Below the pieces are notes generated by a model that ran no database searches, was not told the origin of the DNA, and worked only from the letters and a program-made list of their open reading frames with translations. Below, piece by piece: positions 1 through 11,488 of a stretch of 64,000 nt of DNA (the first letter of the stretch is position 1; every line of letters starts with the position of its first letter). Origin of the DNA: Sphingopyxis sp. (GTDB taxonomy: Bacteria > Pseudomonadota > Alphaproteobacteria > Sphingomonadales > Sphingomonadaceae). The DNA lies in assembly GCF_035565275.1 (NCBI RefSeq), contig NZ_DATMST010000063.1, positions 2,537-66,536 of the forward strand, given 5' to 3'. Made by a program: the position numbers and the translations under genes.

Positions 1-35
1 CCAAGCTCGACGAGTTGGAGAAAACGGAGTCATGA
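1..35 (+). CDS. 3' end of an upstream gene ([10 protein letters not shown]), stop overlaps the rbfA start
   Basis: Frame 3 is open from the window edge to TGA at 33-35, giving an ATGA overlap with rbfA; too short to identify. Confidence 0.35.
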   Translation, partial: KLDELEKTES

Positions 36-448
36 AACCCGACAAGGACCGGAAAAAGGACAGCGGCCCCTCGGTTCGCGTGCTGCGCGTCGGCGAACAG
101 GTGCGCCATATCCTGTCCGAAATCCTCGCGCGCGGCGATGTCCACGACGACCAGCTGACCAAACAGCCGGTAAGCATCACCGAGGTCCGCATGTCGCCCG
201 ACCTGCGCCACGCGACGGTGTTCGTGAAATCGCTGCTCGGCAAGGATGAGGATGCGGTGCTGAAGGCGCTCCGCACCAACACCGCGTGGCTGCAAAAGAG
301 CGTCGCCGAAAAGATGAGCATGAAATATGCCGCAAAGCTGAAATTCCTCCCGGACGAAAGCTTCGACGAAGCGAGCCACATCGAGAAATTGCTGCGCGAC
401 CCGAAGGTGAGGCGCGATCTGGAGAGCGGTGAGGGCGAAGAGGCCTGA
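32..448 (+). CDS. rbfA: Ribosome-binding factor A
   Basis: [40 protein letters not shown] motifs; context upstream of truB-rpsO-pnp. Confidence 0.97.
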   Translation: MKPDKDRKKDSGPSVRVLRVGEQVRHILSEILARGDVHDDQLTKQPVSITEVRMSPDLRHATVFVKSLLGKDEDAVLKALRTNTAWLQKSVAEKMSMKYAAKLKFLPDESFDEASHIEKLLRDPKVRRDLESGEGEEA

Positions 449-457
449 CGTCTATTC

Positions 458-537
458 CCGTTCGTGCCGAGCGAAGTCGAGGCACCCGTCGGTACAGCAA
501 GGTTCAGGAGCATCTCGACTGCGCTCGATGCGAACGG
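458..537. repeat. Palindromic intergenic repeat, family B (CCGTTCG...CGAACGG)
   Basis: Arms CCGTTCGTGCCGAGCGAAGTCGAGGCAC and GCATCTCGACTGCGCTCGATGCGAACGG are imperfect reverse complements; related copy at 9675-9731. Confidence 0.75.
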
Positions 538-550
538 CATGCGGGTCGGG

Positions 551-1987
551 TTATACCTTCCCCTTGATCCCTGCCGCCGCTTCCAGCTCGACCAGCGCAT
601 CCTCCAGATAGTCGATCAGCCGCTGGACGTGCGGCACGCTGCGGCGGCAGGCGGTGATGCCGAAATCGATATTCTTGTTGTTGCTGACCTGCGTGATGTT
701 CATCGCCATGCCGTCGACCGGGATGCTCGCGGGATACATGCCGTCGAGCCGTGCGCCGTTCCAGTAGAGCTGCTCGCGCGGACCGGGGACGTTCGAGATG
801 GTGACGCTGTACGCCGGAAATTTGTCGGCGGTGCGTGTCAGTGCGGTCAGCATCTGCGGCATCTGGGTGATCGCGGTATAGATCTGGATCTGCTGCGCGG
901 TCATTTCGCGCAGCTGCGCCTTCGCGGCGTTCATCGACGCCTGGATCGTCGTCATGCGCGTCGCCGGATCGTCGATGTGCGTCGCGAGGTTCGCGGTCAC
1001 CGCCGCGACCGAATTGCCCGAATCGATATCGTCCTTGGCGCGAATCGACACCGGCGCCATGGCTTTGAGTGGCTTGTCGGGCAGCTCGTTCAGCGATTGC
1101 AGATATTTGCGCATCGCTCCCGAACACATCGCAAGCACCGCGTCGTTGATGGTCCCGTCGTACGCCTTGCCCATCGCGCGGACGCGTTCCAATGACCAGC
1201 TTTGCGCGACGAAGCGGCGTGCGCCGGTGATGTTGCGGTTGAAGCTGGTGCGCGGCAGTCCGCCCCACGGCGTCGCAAGGTCACCGCCTCCGAGCCCGAA
1301 CATCGCTGCTGCATATTGGTTGAGTGCCTTGGTCACCCCGACGCTGTTGCCCCATTGCTCCTTCAGGAAGCCGCCGATGGCCTTGAGGTCGGTGAGGCTG
1401 GGCGTCGGCGCCTTCTTCGGCGCCGGGAACTTGCGCTTGTAGGCTTCGTAGGCCTCGACGGACATCGGCGAATAGCTGCGCTTCTCTTTCGGATCGGCGC
1501 TCAGCATCGCATTGGTGAAATGCATCGAACTCGCGCCGTCCATCAGCGCGTGGTGGATCTTGAAATAGGTCGCGATCTGGCGGTCGGGCAGCCCTGAAAT
1601 CAGCGTGATTTCCCACATCGGCCGCGTGCGGTCGAGCAGCGTGCCGTGGAGGCGCGACACGAGTTCGAACATCTCGCGATACCGCCCCGGCTTGGGCAGC
1701 GCGGCACTTCGCACATGGTAATGCATGTCGATATCGCGGTCGGGTTCGAGCCTGATCGGGCCATACTGCCCGAGCGGGGTGAGTTTCAGCACTTCACTGA
1801 ACGGTCGCCGCAGCCCTTCGGACTGGCGCAACATCGCCAGCTGTTCATTGAGCCACTCGGTTTCGTCGACCTTGTCGGGCAGGGTATAGAGATTGACCCC
1901 GCCCACATGCATCGGCGTCTCGCGCGTTTCGGCGACGAGGAACATCGCGTCGGTCACCGGCATCAGCCGCATGGCAGCTCTCCCCAC
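551..1987 (-). CDS. Wax ester synthase/diacylglycerol acyltransferase (WS/DGAT); the real start may be the MRLMPVTD methionine
   Basis: ETPMHVGG, catalytic HHALMDG, TINDAVLA, ISNVPGP motifs. Confidence 0.93.
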   Translation of the reverse strand: MGRAAMRLMPVTDAMFLVAETRETPMHVGGVNLYTLPDKVDETEWLNEQLAMLRQSEGLRRPFSEVLKLTPLGQYGPIRLEPDRDIDMHYHVRSAALPKPGRYREMFELVSRLHGTLLDRTRPMWEITLISGLPDRQIATYFKIHHALMDGASSMHFTNAMLSADPKEKRSYSPMSVEAYEAYKRKFPAPKKAPTPSLTDLKAIGGFLKEQWGNSVGVTKALNQYAAAMFGLGGGDLATPWGGLPRTSFNRNITGARRFVAQSWSLERVRAMGKAYDGTINDAVLAMCSGAMRKYLQSLNELPDKPLKAMAPVSIRAKDDIDSGNSVAAVTANLATHIDDPATRMTTIQASMNAAKAQLREMTAQQIQIYTAITQMPQMLTALTRTADKFPAYSVTISNVPGPREQLYWNGARLDGMYPASIPVDGMAMNITQVSNNKNIDFGITACRRSVPHVQRLIDYLEDALVELEAAAGIKGKV

Positions 1988-2051
1988 TGTTTATGCTGCT
2001 TCTTTTGATACGCAGCATGAGGAGGGGGTGGGGGCAAGTCAAGCAGCCCTC

Positions 2052-2083
2052 TTCGTCGCTCCGGATCAAGTCCGGAGTGACGA
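2052..2083. repeat. Half copy of palindromic repeat family A
   Basis: Hairpin CGTCGCTCCGGA-TCAAG-TCCGGAGTGACG; 2061-2083 is identical over 23 bp to 4283-4305 inside truB. Confidence 0.8.
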
Positions 2084-2128
2084 GAGTTTGATGATTGGCG
2101 GAGGCCAGCGAAGGCGTTATCGCACCTC

Positions 2129-2731
2129 ATGGCCAAGCTTTATTTCTACTACGCCAGCATGAACGCCGGCAAATCGACGACGCTGCTCCAGGCGGATTTC
2201 AACTATCGCGAGCGCGGCATGGAAACGATGTTGTGGACCGCGGCGCTCGATGACCGTTATGGCGCGGGGCAGGTGACGAGCCGCATCGGGCTGATGGCCG
2301 ACGCGCATAAATTCGATCCCGACAGCAATCTGTGGGCTGCGGTGAATGCCGAGAACGCCGAACGTCCGCTCGCCTGCGTGCTCGTTGACGAGGCGCAGTT
2401 CCTGACACGCGCGCAGGTTCTCGACCTCGCCCGCCTTGCCGACGAGACAGGAATTCCCGTGCTTTGCTATGGTCTCCGCACCGATTTTTCGGCCGAACTC
2501 TTCCCCGGATCGGCAGCATTGCTCGGCATCGCCGATGCGCTCGTCGAACTCAAGGCGGTGTGCGAATGCGGGCGCAAGGCGACGATGAACCTGCGCGTCG
2601 ACGAAAGCGGCCGCGCCGTGGTCGAAGGCGCGCAGACCGAGATCGGCGGCAACGACCGCTATGTCGCCATGTGCCGGCGGCACTTCATGGCAAAGCGCCG
2701 CGAAGCGGCCGGAGCGCTCGCCGATGCTTGA
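2129..2731 (+). CDS. tdk: Thymidine kinase
   Basis: [13 protein letters not shown] Walker A, VDEAQFL, YGLRTDF, Zn-binding CECG...CRRH. Confidence 0.96.
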   Translation: MAKLYFYYASMNAGKSTTLLQADFNYRERGMETMLWTAALDDRYGAGQVTSRIGLMADAHKFDPDSNLWAAVNAENAERPLACVLVDEAQFLTRAQVLDLARLADETGIPVLCYGLRTDFSAELFPGSAALLGIADALVELKAVCECGRKATMNLRVDESGRAVVEGAQTEIGGNDRYVAMCRRHFMAKRREAAGALADA

Positions 2732-3260
2732 CCGGCTCTACATCGAACTCGCCGACGGCGGTCTCAAGCTCGTCAAGCTGAAGGAAGGGCATCGCGAGGC
2801 GCTTCGTGCTGCCTGCGCTGCCGATGCCGATATCTGGCCGATCTATTCGTCGAGTTTCGATCCCGATCATTTCGACACGGCGTTCGATACGCTGATCGGG
2901 CACGTCAGCCGCATGCCCTACGCGATTTTCGATGGCCAGACGCTTGTCGGTATGACCGCCTATCTGCGTCCCGACGTGTCGGCGCAAACGGTCGAGATCG
3001 GCAACAGCTTCCTTCATCCCGACGCACGTGGAACGGGGTTCAACGGCCGGCTCAAGAAGCTGATGATCGATCATGCGTTCGCGGCCGGTATCCGCCGGAT
3101 CGAATTCCGCATCGACGAACGCAACAAGCGTAGCCAGGCTGCGGTCGCCAAGCTCGGCTGTACCAAGGAAGGGGTGTTGCGGTCAGAGCGCATCACCTGG
3201 ACCGGCCATGTCCGCGATACCGGGCTCTGGTCGCTGTTGGCGGACGAGTGGCGGCGATGA
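2724..3260 (+). CDS. GNAT (RimJ/RimL-like) acetyltransferase
   Basis: ATG 2724 overlaps the tdk stop; [44 protein letters not shown]. Confidence 0.88.
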   Translation: MLDRLYIELADGGLKLVKLKEGHREALRAACAADADIWPIYSSSFDPDHFDTAFDTLIGHVSRMPYAIFDGQTLVGMTAYLRPDVSAQTVEIGNSFLHPDARGTGFNGRLKKLMIDHAFAAGIRRIEFRIDERNKRSQAAVAKLGCTKEGVLRSERITWTGHVRDTGLWSLLADEWRR

Positions 3261-3321
3261 ACTGCATGGGACGCAAGGGTCAGCACGGGTTCAGACTCGG
3301 TCTGCTATCCGCGCCGTCACC

Positions 3322-3741
3322 ATGAAACAGAAACTCGCTCTCTCCCTGGCCGCCTTGCTGCTTCCCCTTTCGGCAGCGGCGGCCATCGAGCCGACCGACG
3401 CGCCCGCAAGGGAACCGCGCGCGCTCGGCGTCGAATCGAGCATCGTCTTCCCGAGCGACAGTACGATCCGCAACTGGCAGGCCGACCGCGATCGCGGCAT
3501 CTGGATCGAAGGGCGGCGCGGCGAATGGTATTATGGCACCTTCGCCGGCTTCTGCCGCGACATCGATTTCGCGCAGGCGATCGGCTTGGAAACGCGCGGC
3601 GCCGGGCGGCTCGACAAATTCGCGTCGATCGTTGTGCGGGGCGATCGCTGCCAGCTATCGTCCTTCGTCACGTCGGCACCGCCGCCGACGAAGGAAGAAC
3701 GCAAGGCCGCGCGCGAAACCGACAAGACCGCGGAAAATTGA
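3322..3741 (+). CDS. Secreted hypothetical protein (DUF6491-like)
   Basis: Signal peptide MKQKLALSLAALLLPLSAAAA; two Cys; IRNW...WYY...C..IDFA..IG...LDKF pattern. Confidence 0.6.
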   Translation: MKQKLALSLAALLLPLSAAAAIEPTDAPAREPRALGVESSIVFPSDSTIRNWQADRDRGIWIEGRRGEWYYGTFAGFCRDIDFAQAIGLETRGAGRLDKFASIVVRGDRCQLSSFVTSAPPPTKEERKAARETDKTAEN

Positions 3742-3772
3742 CAGCTCATGGCCCGCGTCCTAGCGGCGCGGG

Positions 3773-4729
3773 ATGAACGGCTGGATCATTCTCGACAAGC
3801 CTGTCGGCCTTGGCTCGACGCAGGCGGTGGGCGCCGTGAAACGCGTGTGCCGCGAAGCCGGGCTGGGCAAGGTCAAGGTCGGTCATGGCGGCACGCTCGA
3901 TCCGCTGGCGTCGGGGGTGTTGCCGATCGCGCTCGGCGAAGCGACAAAGCTGTGCGGGCGGATGCTCGACGCGAGCAAGATTTACGACTTCACCCTGCAA
4001 TTCGGTGCGCAAACCGCCGGGCTCGATGCCGAGGGCGAAGTCGTGGCTACAAGCGACGTTCGGCCGACGCTGGCCGATGTGGAGGCGATACTGCCACGTT
4101 TCACCGGTCCGATCGAGCAGGTGCCGCCCGCTTTTTCGGCGATCAAGGTTGGTGGTCAGCGGGCCTATGACCTGGCGCGCAAGGGCGAGGCGGTGGAGAT
4201 GAAAGCGCGCAGCGTCACCATATATTCCCTTCGTCATGCCGGACTTGATCCGGCATCCATGCCCACCGACGAAGAATGGACCCCGGATCAAGTCCGGAGT
4301 GACGAAGGTGGGGGAGGGCCGCTCGACTCCATCACCCTCACCGCCCGCGTGTCCAAAGGCACCTATATCCGCAGCCTCGCGCGCGATATCGCGCACGCCG
4401 TCGGCACCGTCGGGCATGTCACGATGCTCCGCCGCACAAAGGCGGGGCCGTTCGGGCTCGAGCGGGCGATTTCGCTGGACAAATTGAACGCATTCGGTCA
4501 AGGCGCCGCCCAATCAGAAATATTTCTGCCGCTTGAGGCAGGGCTGGTCGACATCCCGGCTCTGAACCTTTCCCCGGAAGCGGCAGGGGCGATCCGTCAG
4601 GGTCGCGTCTGGACCGGGGGGTGCACGGATGACGGGCTCTATTGGGGAAGGGACAGCGACATGCGTCCCGTCGCCCTGATCGAGGCTTTGGCGGGAACGC
4701 TGAAGGTTGTCCGCGGCTTCAATCTGTAA
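3773..4729 (+). CDS. truB: tRNA pseudouridine(55) synthase carrying an in-frame palindromic insertion
   Basis: [47 protein letters not shown]. Confidence 0.97.
   Translation: MNGWIILDKPVGLGSTQAVGAVKRVCREAGLGKVKVGHGGTLDPLASGVLPIALGEATKLCGRMLDASKIYDFTLQFGAQTAGLDAEGEVVATSDVRPTLADVEAILPRFTGPIEQVPPAFSAIKVGGQRAYDLARKGEAVEMKARSVTIYSLRHAGLDPASMPTDEEWTPDQVRSDEGGGGPLDSITLTARVSKGTYIRSLARDIAHAVGTVGHVTMLRRTKAGPFGLERAISLDKLNAFGQGAAQSEIFLPLEAGLVDIPALNLSPEAAGAIRQGRVWTGGCTDDGLYWGRDSDMRPVALIEALAGTLKVVRGFNL
4229..4307. repeat. Full palindromic repeat family A inserted in frame in truB (encodes [27 protein letters not shown])
   Basis: CTTCGTCATGCCGGACTTGATCCGG...CCGGATCAAGTCCGGAGTGACGAAG; same 15-bp cores as the intergenic copy at 7619-7710. 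Confidence 0.9.
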
Positions 4730-4755
4730 ACAAGGATGTTCGAGGAAAAATAAAT

Positions 4756-5025
4756 ATGTCGATTACCGCCGAGCGCAAAACCGAAGTCATTAATGACAAT
4801 GCCCGCGCCAAGGGCGATACCGGTTCGCCGGAAGTTCAGGTCGCGATCCTGACCGACCGCATCAATACGCTGACCGCCCACTTCAAGGCGCACCACAAGG
4901 ACAACCACAGCCGCCGCGGCCTCCTCATGATGGTCAACAAGCGCCGCAGCCTCCTCGACTATCTGAAGAAGAAGGATGAGGCCCGTTATTCGGCGCTGAT
5001 CGCGAAGCTGGGTCTTCGTAAATAA
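4756..5025 (+). CDS. rpsO: 30S ribosomal protein S15
   Basis: [27 protein letters not shown]; 89 aa from ATG 4756. Confidence 0.98.
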   Translation: MSITAERKTEVINDNARAKGDTGSPEVQVAILTDRINTLTAHFKAHHKDNHSRRGLLMMVNKRRSLLDYLKKKDEARYSALIAKLGLRK

Positions 5026-5034
5026 GAATTTCTG

Positions 5035-5058
5035 GCGGCCCCGGATTTCCGGGGCCGC
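5035..5058 (+). terminator. Stem-loop after rpsO (terminator or processing/stability hairpin)
   Basis: GCGGCCCCGGA-TT-TCCGGGGCCGC, 11-bp stem, no clear U tract. Confidence 0.5.
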
Positions 5059-5218
5059 TGTCATATTGGTCCCGTGCAATTGTGCCGGGCCGCAGGGCCG
5101 CTCCCGCATCCGGCGGGACCGCCATCGGGGCAGACAGACGCCCTACACCGCCCCGGGCCGGATTGCCCGGAATCAGAGGCCCCGCCCGGCATAGGGCCCG
5201 GCGGGCGAAGGAAACCAC

Positions 5219-7531
5219 ATGTTTGACGTGAAAAAAGTATCGATCGAGTGGGGCGGTGAAACGCTGACGCTCGAAACGGGCAAGGTTGCCCGTCAGGCCG
5301 ACGGCGCCGTCATCGCGACGCTGGGCGAAACGGTCGTCCTGTGTGCCGTCACCGCCGCCAAGAAGGTCAAGGAAGGGCAGGATTTCTTCCCGCTCACCGT
5401 CCACTATCAGGAAAAATATTCGGCCGCCGGACGCATTCCGGGCGGCTTCTTCAAGCGCGAACGCGGCGCGACCGAAAAGGAAACGCTGGTTTCCCGCCTG
5501 ATCGACCGCCCGATCCGCCCGCTGTTCCCCGAAGGTTTCTACAACGAAATCAACGCCATTGCCCAGGTTCTGAGCTATGACGGCCACAACGAGCCCGATA
5601 TTCTGGCGCTGGTCGCCGCGTCGGCCGCGATGACGATTTCGGGCGTCCCCTTCATGGGCCCGATCGGCGCCGCGCGCGTTGGCTACATCGACGGCGAATA
5701 TATTCTGAACCCGACCGACGCACAGGTTGCCGAGGGCGATCTCGACCTGGTCGTCGCCGCGACGTACGACGCGGTGATGATGGTCGAATCCGAAGCCAAT
5801 GAGCTGTCGGAAGAGGTCATGCTCGGCGCCGTCCTGTTCGCGCACGACGCGTGCAAGGAAGTCGTCAAGGCGATCGTGAAGCTCGCCGAACAGGCCGCCA
5901 AGGATCCCTGGGCGATGGCCGAACAGGCTGACCTGAGCACCGCCAAGGACAAGCTGAAGAAGCTGATCGGCAAGGATATTGCCGCCGCCTACAAGCTGAC
6001 CGACAAATCGGCCCGCTCGAACGCGCTGAACGAAGCCCGCGGCAAGGCCAAGGAAGCCTTTGCCGATGCGGCTCCGCAGGATCAGCTCGCCGCGTCCAAG
6101 CTGGTGAAGAAGCTGGAAGCCGAAATCGTTCGCGGCGCCATCCTGAAGGACGGCAAGCGCATCGACGGTCGCAAGACGACGGAAATTCGGCAGATCGTCG
6201 CCGAAACGCACTTCCTGCCCCGCGCGCACGGCTCGGCGCTGTTCACCCGCGGCGAAACGCAGACGATTGCCACGGCAACGCTCGGCACCAAGGAAAGCGA
6301 ACAGATGGTCGATGGCCTGAACGGCCTGTCGTACCAGAACTTCATGCTCCACTATAACTTCCCGCCCTATTCGGTCGGTGAAGTCGGCCGCTTCGGCGCG
6401 CCGGGCCGCCGCGAAGTCGGTCACGGCAAGCTCGCATGGCGCGCGCTGCACCCCGTGCTGCCGACGAAGGACGAGTTCCCCTACACGATCCGCCTCACCA
6501 GCGACATCACCGAGTCGAACGGCTCGTCGTCGATGGCGTCGGTCTGCGGCGGTTCGCTCGCGATGATGGACGCCGGCGTGCCGATCAAGCGCCCCGTCTC
6601 GGGCATCGCGATGGGCCTGATCCTCGAAGGCAAGGATTATGCGATCCTGTCGGACATTCTGGGCGACGAGGATCACCTCGGCGACATGGACTTCAAGGTC
6701 GCGGGCACGTCCGAAGGCATCACCACGATGCAGATGGACATCAAGATCGCGGGCATCACGCGCGAGATCTTCGAGGCCGCGCTGAACCAAGCGAAGGAAG
6801 GCCGCGCGCACATCCTCGGAGAGATGGCGAAGGCGCTTGGCGAAACCCGGAGCGAATTGTCGGCGCACGCACCGCGTATCGAGACGATGCAGATCGACAA
6901 GTCGAAGATCCGCGACGTCATCGGTACCGGCGGCAAAGTGATCCGCGAGATCGTCGCGACCACCGGCGCGAAGGTCGACATCGACGACGAAGGCCTGATC
7001 AAGATTTCGTCGAGCGACCTCGACCAGATCGAAGCGGCGCGCAAGTGGATCAGCGGCATCGTCGAGGAAGCCGAAGTCGGCAAGATCTATGACGGCAAGG
7101 TCGTCAACCTCGTCGATTTCGGTGCGTTCGTTAATTTCATGGGCGGCAAGGACGGTCTCGTCCACGTCAGCGAAATCGCCAACGAGCGCGTCGAAAAGGT
7201 CGCCGACGTCCTGAGCGAAGGCCAGGAAGTCAAGGTCAAGGTCCTCGAAATCGACCAGCGCGGCAAGGTTCGCCTGTCGATGCGCGTCGTGAACCAGGAA
7301 ACCGGCGAAGAACTCGAAGACACCCGCCCGCCGCGTGAACCTCGCGGTGACCGCGGGCCGCGCCGTGATGGCGGCGACCGTGGCGATCGCGGCCCGCGTG
7401 GCGGCGGTGGCCGTGACCGTGGCCCGCGTCGTGATGGCGGTGGCGAAGGTCGTGGTGATCGTGGCCCGCGCCGCGAACGCAGCGAAGGTCCGGAAGACCA
7501 GGGCCACGTGCCCGACTTCCTGAAGGACTAA
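5219..7531 (+). CDS. pnp: Polyribonucleotide nucleotidyltransferase with an R/G/D-rich C-terminal tail
   Basis: [37 protein letters not shown] and S1 domains. Confidence 0.99.
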   Translation: MFDVKKVSIEWGGETLTLETGKVARQADGAVIATLGETVVLCAVTAAKKVKEGQDFFPLTVHYQEKYSAAGRIPGGFFKRERGATEKETLVSRLIDRPIRPLFPEGFYNEINAIAQVLSYDGHNEPDILALVAASAAMTISGVPFMGPIGAARVGYIDGEYILNPTDAQVAEGDLDLVVAATYDAVMMVESEANELSEEVMLGAVLFAHDACKEVVKAIVKLAEQAAKDPWAMAEQADLSTAKDKLKKLIGKDIAAAYKLTDKSARSNALNEARGKAKEAFADAAPQDQLAASKLVKKLEAEIVRGAILKDGKRIDGRKTTEIRQIVAETHFLPRAHGSALFTRGETQTIATATLGTKESEQMVDGLNGLSYQNFMLHYNFPPYSVGEVGRFGAPGRREVGHGKLAWRALHPVLPTKDEFPYTIRLTSDITESNGSSSMASVCGGSLAMMDAGVPIKRPVSGIAMGLILEGKDYAILSDILGDEDHLGDMDFKVAGTSEGITTMQMDIKIAGITREIFEAALNQAKEGRAHILGEMAKALGETRSELSAHAPRIETMQIDKSKIRDVIGTGGKVIREIVATTGAKVDIDDEGLIKISSSDLDQIEAARKWISGIVEEAEVGKIYDGKVVNLVDFGAFVNFMGGKDGLVHVSEIANERVEKVADVLSEGQEVKVKVLEIDQRGKVRLSMRVVNQETGEELEDTRPPREPRGDRGPRRDGGDRGDRGPRGGGGRDRGPRRDGGGEGRGDRGPRRERSEGPEDQGHVPDFLKD

Positions 7532-7554
7532 GCCTTCCGTCAATCGGAAACAGG

Positions 7555-7585
7555 AAAGGGGGTCGCGAATGCGGCCCCCTTTTTT
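7555..7585 (+). terminator. Intrinsic terminator after pnp
   Basis: AAAGGGGGTCGC-GAAT-GCGGCCCCCTTT followed by a T run. Confidence 0.85.
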
Positions 7586-7618
7586 ATGGCGGCTACGGGA
7601 TGGGAAGCGGACCTGTCT

Positions 7619-7710
7619 TTCGTCATCCCGGACTTGATCCGGGGTCCCGCTTGAGATCTAAGCTGGTGGACGCGCAAAAAGCGAGATCCCGGATCAAGTC
7701 CGGGATGATG
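7619..7710. repeat. Full intergenic palindromic repeat family A
   Basis: CGTCATCCCGGACTTGATCCGGG ... CCCGGATCAAGTCCGGGATGATG. Confidence 0.88.
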
Positions 7711-7736
7711 GCGAAGAGAACTGCAGCGTCGCTTCG

Positions 7737-8555
7737 TTAGCGGCCTCCGCCGAAGGTATAGCTCAGCGCGATCCCCCCCGACGGCTGGCTGCGCGATCCG
7801 AGTTCGCGAGTGACCGGCGAGTCGGCTGCGTCGCCGACGAGCCGATCGTAACGGCCATATACCGCGAAGCCCCAATTCTTGCCGAGCATGCGGTGGTAAC
7901 CTGCGGTTACACCGATCGACTGGATGCCGCCCCCGGGATCATAGGCGGTAAGGCCCGACGTGGCTGCGGCGGCGGGCGTGACGCCGAAATAGGCCCGGGT
8001 GTATTTGGCGTCGCCCAGCGTCACGCGCGGGCCGATCGAAAACAGCCAGTCGTCGCCCTGCCGTGCAATATAGTCCGCGCTGATTTCACCGGTCCAGCCC
8101 TTGTGGCCGCTGATCCCCTTGCGTCCTTCGACGCGGACGCGGAGCTCGGGGACTAGCGACATCTGCGCGAAGCCGCCTGCCTCGACGGACAAGCCGACCT
8201 TGGGCAGGTCAGCGCCGATGTCGGAGGCCTTGCGCTTGCCGATGAAGCCAAATGCCGGGCCGAAAGCGAAATTGCCCGAATGGACGAGCGGCTGGCCGAA
8301 GCTTTCATCGGGGGCTTCGAACTCGAACTCGCTTTCGCGCGTGCGCGAGACATCGATATAGGGACCGACACTGAACTTGTCCGCGCCCGGCCATGAGGGC
8401 GACAGCTGCGGTCCGATGATGATCCGGGTGCGCTTTTCACTGCTCGTGCTGTCTTCCTGCGCGTTGGCGGGAACCGCCACCGTGGCGAGAGCAACGAGGT
8501 ACAGGGCGGGAAACTTGCTGCGTTCGATCATGCGGAAATCCTTGTTGTTCCGCAT
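7737..8555 (-). CDS. MipA/OmpV family outer-membrane protein
   Basis: Signal peptide, YTRAYFGV, YDRLVGDAADSP, terminal aromatic SYTF; AGGGA RBS before ATG 8555. Confidence 0.85.
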   Translation of the reverse strand: MRNNKDFRMIERSKFPALYLVALATVAVPANAQEDSTSSEKRTRIIIGPQLSPSWPGADKFSVGPYIDVSRTRESEFEFEAPDESFGQPLVHSGNFAFGPAFGFIGKRKASDIGADLPKVGLSVEAGGFAQMSLVPELRVRVEGRKGISGHKGWTGEISADYIARQGDDWLFSIGPRVTLGDAKYTRAYFGVTPAAAATSGLTAYDPGGGIQSIGVTAGYHRMLGKNWGFAVYGRYDRLVGDAADSPVTRELGSRSQPSGGIALSYTFGGGR

Positions 8556-8591
8556 GAAATTCCCTGCGGCGGTATTTCGTTCCAAGAGGTG

Positions 8592-9752
<1,161 letters not shown>

Positions 9753-9775
9753 TTAGCGCCTGAACGCCCGAATTG

Positions 9776-10390
9776 CTAGCCCTGTGCCGGGAGCTTGCCG
9801 CCATGCTCGGCCCAGAATTTCGCAATCCGTCCTGTGATCAGCTCGGTCGCAAGTACGCGCGACGTGTCGCGCGGCAGGTCGAGCGCCTCGGCCATCGGGC
9901 CGCCGAGTTGCGCATCGCCCAATGCCATGAGCACCAGCGCGAGCGTATCCTCGTGCATCAAGCGCTTTTCGTGCGCGTCGGGCGCCATGCCGTCGATCAG
10001 GCGATGGATCGCATCGACGATCGGGTCGAGCGCATCGTCGTTGCCCGTCGCCGCCATCCACGTCGCGAGCGCGCCCGCGCCGCCTTCGTTGAAGGCGTCG
10101 AAGGCGAGGTCGACAATCTCGCGCACATTGCGTTCGCCCGGCGGTGATTCGGCCATTTTCCGGCCGATCGTCGCGCACACGGTTTCGGCCTGATAGGCGG
10201 CGAGCGCCTTTTGCAGCCCCGCCGCGCTGCCGAAATGATGGAGCAGATTGGCGTGGGTGCGGTCGATCCGTGCCGCCACGGCTTTGAGCGTCACCGCCGC
10301 CGGCCCCATTTCGATCAATATATGGCGCGCAGCCTCGAGCGCCGCCGAGCGGCTTTCCTCCGGACTCAAACGCTTCTTCACTATTGACAT
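9776..10390 (-). CDS. TetR/AcrR family transcriptional regulator
   Basis: N-terminal HTH VTLKAVAARIDRTHANLLHHFGS; divergent from the metal-dependent hydrolase gene. Confidence 0.9.
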   Translation of the reverse strand: MSIVKKRLSPEESRSAALEAARHILIEMGPAAVTLKAVAARIDRTHANLLHHFGSAAGLQKALAAYQAETVCATIGRKMAESPPGERNVREIVDLAFDAFNEGGAGALATWMAATGNDDALDPIVDAIHRLIDGMAPDAHEKRLMHEDTLALVLMALGDAQLGGPMAEALDLPRDTSRVLATELITGRIAKFWAEHGGKLPAQG

Positions 10391-10412
10391 ATGTGTAAGT
10401 AAACCCTATTGC
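10381..10412 (+). promoter_or_regulatory. Sigma70 promoter with an overlapping palindromic operator (copy 1)
   Basis: TTGACA-N17-TATTGC; CTATTGACATATGTGTAAGTAA covers the TetR start codon; 20/22 match to 28761-28782. Confidence 0.7.
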
Positions 10413-10437
10413 TGCCCCGTCTCCCCTTTTCGACGGT

Positions 10438-11343
10438 ATGAGCCATATGTCCAGCCTTTCCCGGTCGCCGACCCCCGCCGATCTTTCGATCACCCCGCGC
10501 GACATGCGTTTTGGCCGCGACGACAGGCAGGGCCGCTGGTGGCTGAACGGCGACCCGATCGCGTCGGCTTTCCACACCGCGCTGTCGGTGACCTTTCCGC
10601 GCGGCGAGGCGATGTTCATCGAAGCGGTGAAGGCGCACCGCGACGGCGTGCCGGAGAAGCTGGCGCGCGAGATCCGCGCCTTCACCCAGCAGGAGGTGAT
10701 TCACAGCCGCGAGCATGTCGTGTTCAACAAGAAGGCGGCGGAAGCAGGATACGACCTTTCCGAACTCGAGGCCGATGTGAACCACGTCCTCGACCAGATC
10801 AAATCGCGCCCGCAGATCGTCAACCTGATGGCGACGATCGCGCTCGAACATTATACCGCGATGATGGCGGCGACGATGCTGCGCGACGACAGCATGTATG
10901 CGGGCGCCGAGCCCGAATGGGCGGCCCTGTGGAAATGGCACGCGATCGAGGAGATCGAGCACAAGGGCGTCGCATACGATACCTGGCTGCATGCGACGAA
11001 GGACTGGAGCCGGTTTCGCCGCTGGCGCGCCAAGTCGTTGATGATGCTCCTCGTCACCTCGCGTTTCTGGCCCAAGCGCGTGAAGGGCATGAAGGCACTC
11101 CTGAAGCAGGACGGGCTGACCGGCTGGCGCGTCACGGCGCGCATCTGGTGGTATCTGCTCGGCACGCCCGGCGTGCTGCGCAAGAGCTTCTTCCCCTGGC
11201 TTTCCTACTTCATGCCGGGCTTCCATCCGTGGAACCACGACGACCGCGCGCTGATCGGCAAATATGAAAGCGATTATGCCGACGCGATCATGCCGGCGCA
11301 TTCGTCGGCGCCGCGCGAGGAACTGGCGGCGGCCGCCGCCTGA
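10438..11343 (+). CDS. Predicted metal-dependent hydrolase (ferritin-like di-metal fold)
   Basis: SVTFPRGEAMFI, QEVIHSREH, ALEHYTA, WHAIEEIEHKGVAYD, YFMPGFHPW. Confidence 0.85.
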   Translation: MSHMSSLSRSPTPADLSITPRDMRFGRDDRQGRWWLNGDPIASAFHTALSVTFPRGEAMFIEAVKAHRDGVPEKLAREIRAFTQQEVIHSREHVVFNKKAAEAGYDLSELEADVNHVLDQIKSRPQIVNLMATIALEHYTAMMAATMLRDDSMYAGAEPEWAALWKWHAIEEIEHKGVAYDTWLHATKDWSRFRRWRAKSLMMLLVTSRFWPKRVKGMKALLKQDGLTGWRVTARIWWYLLGTPGVLRKSFFPWLSYFMPGFHPWNHDDRALIGKYESDYADAIMPAHSSAPREELAAAAA

Positions 11344-11488
11344 CCATCTTCTCCCCGGTTGCGGGGGTCCGGAACGGTTCTCTCTCCCTGTTCCGGGCCT
11401 CCTCATCCGCGAAGAGCGATCGTGTCAATGCCGGCTGGACGAGCCGGCTCTGGTCCCATATCCTCATGGCGTGGGAGGGGACCAGACC

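Noticed and set aside
4700-4755. S15 autoregulatory leader RNA before rpsO
   Set aside because: Only 26 nt intergenic and I could not fold a convincing conserved structure by eye; needs a covariance-model search
5059-5218. ncRNA or riboswitch in the rpsO-pnp spacer
   Set aside because: GC-rich and probably structured (a pnp leader is plausible), but no recognisable family motif
4934-7543. 869-aa antisense ORF over pnp, and other long shadow ORFs (e.g. 14899-16404, 33912-35582, 57078-59090, 59363-60994, 61464-62945)
   Set aside because: Expected antisense frames of GC-biased genes; low-complexity translations with no family motifs. Only the last 98 codons of 33912-35582 look real.
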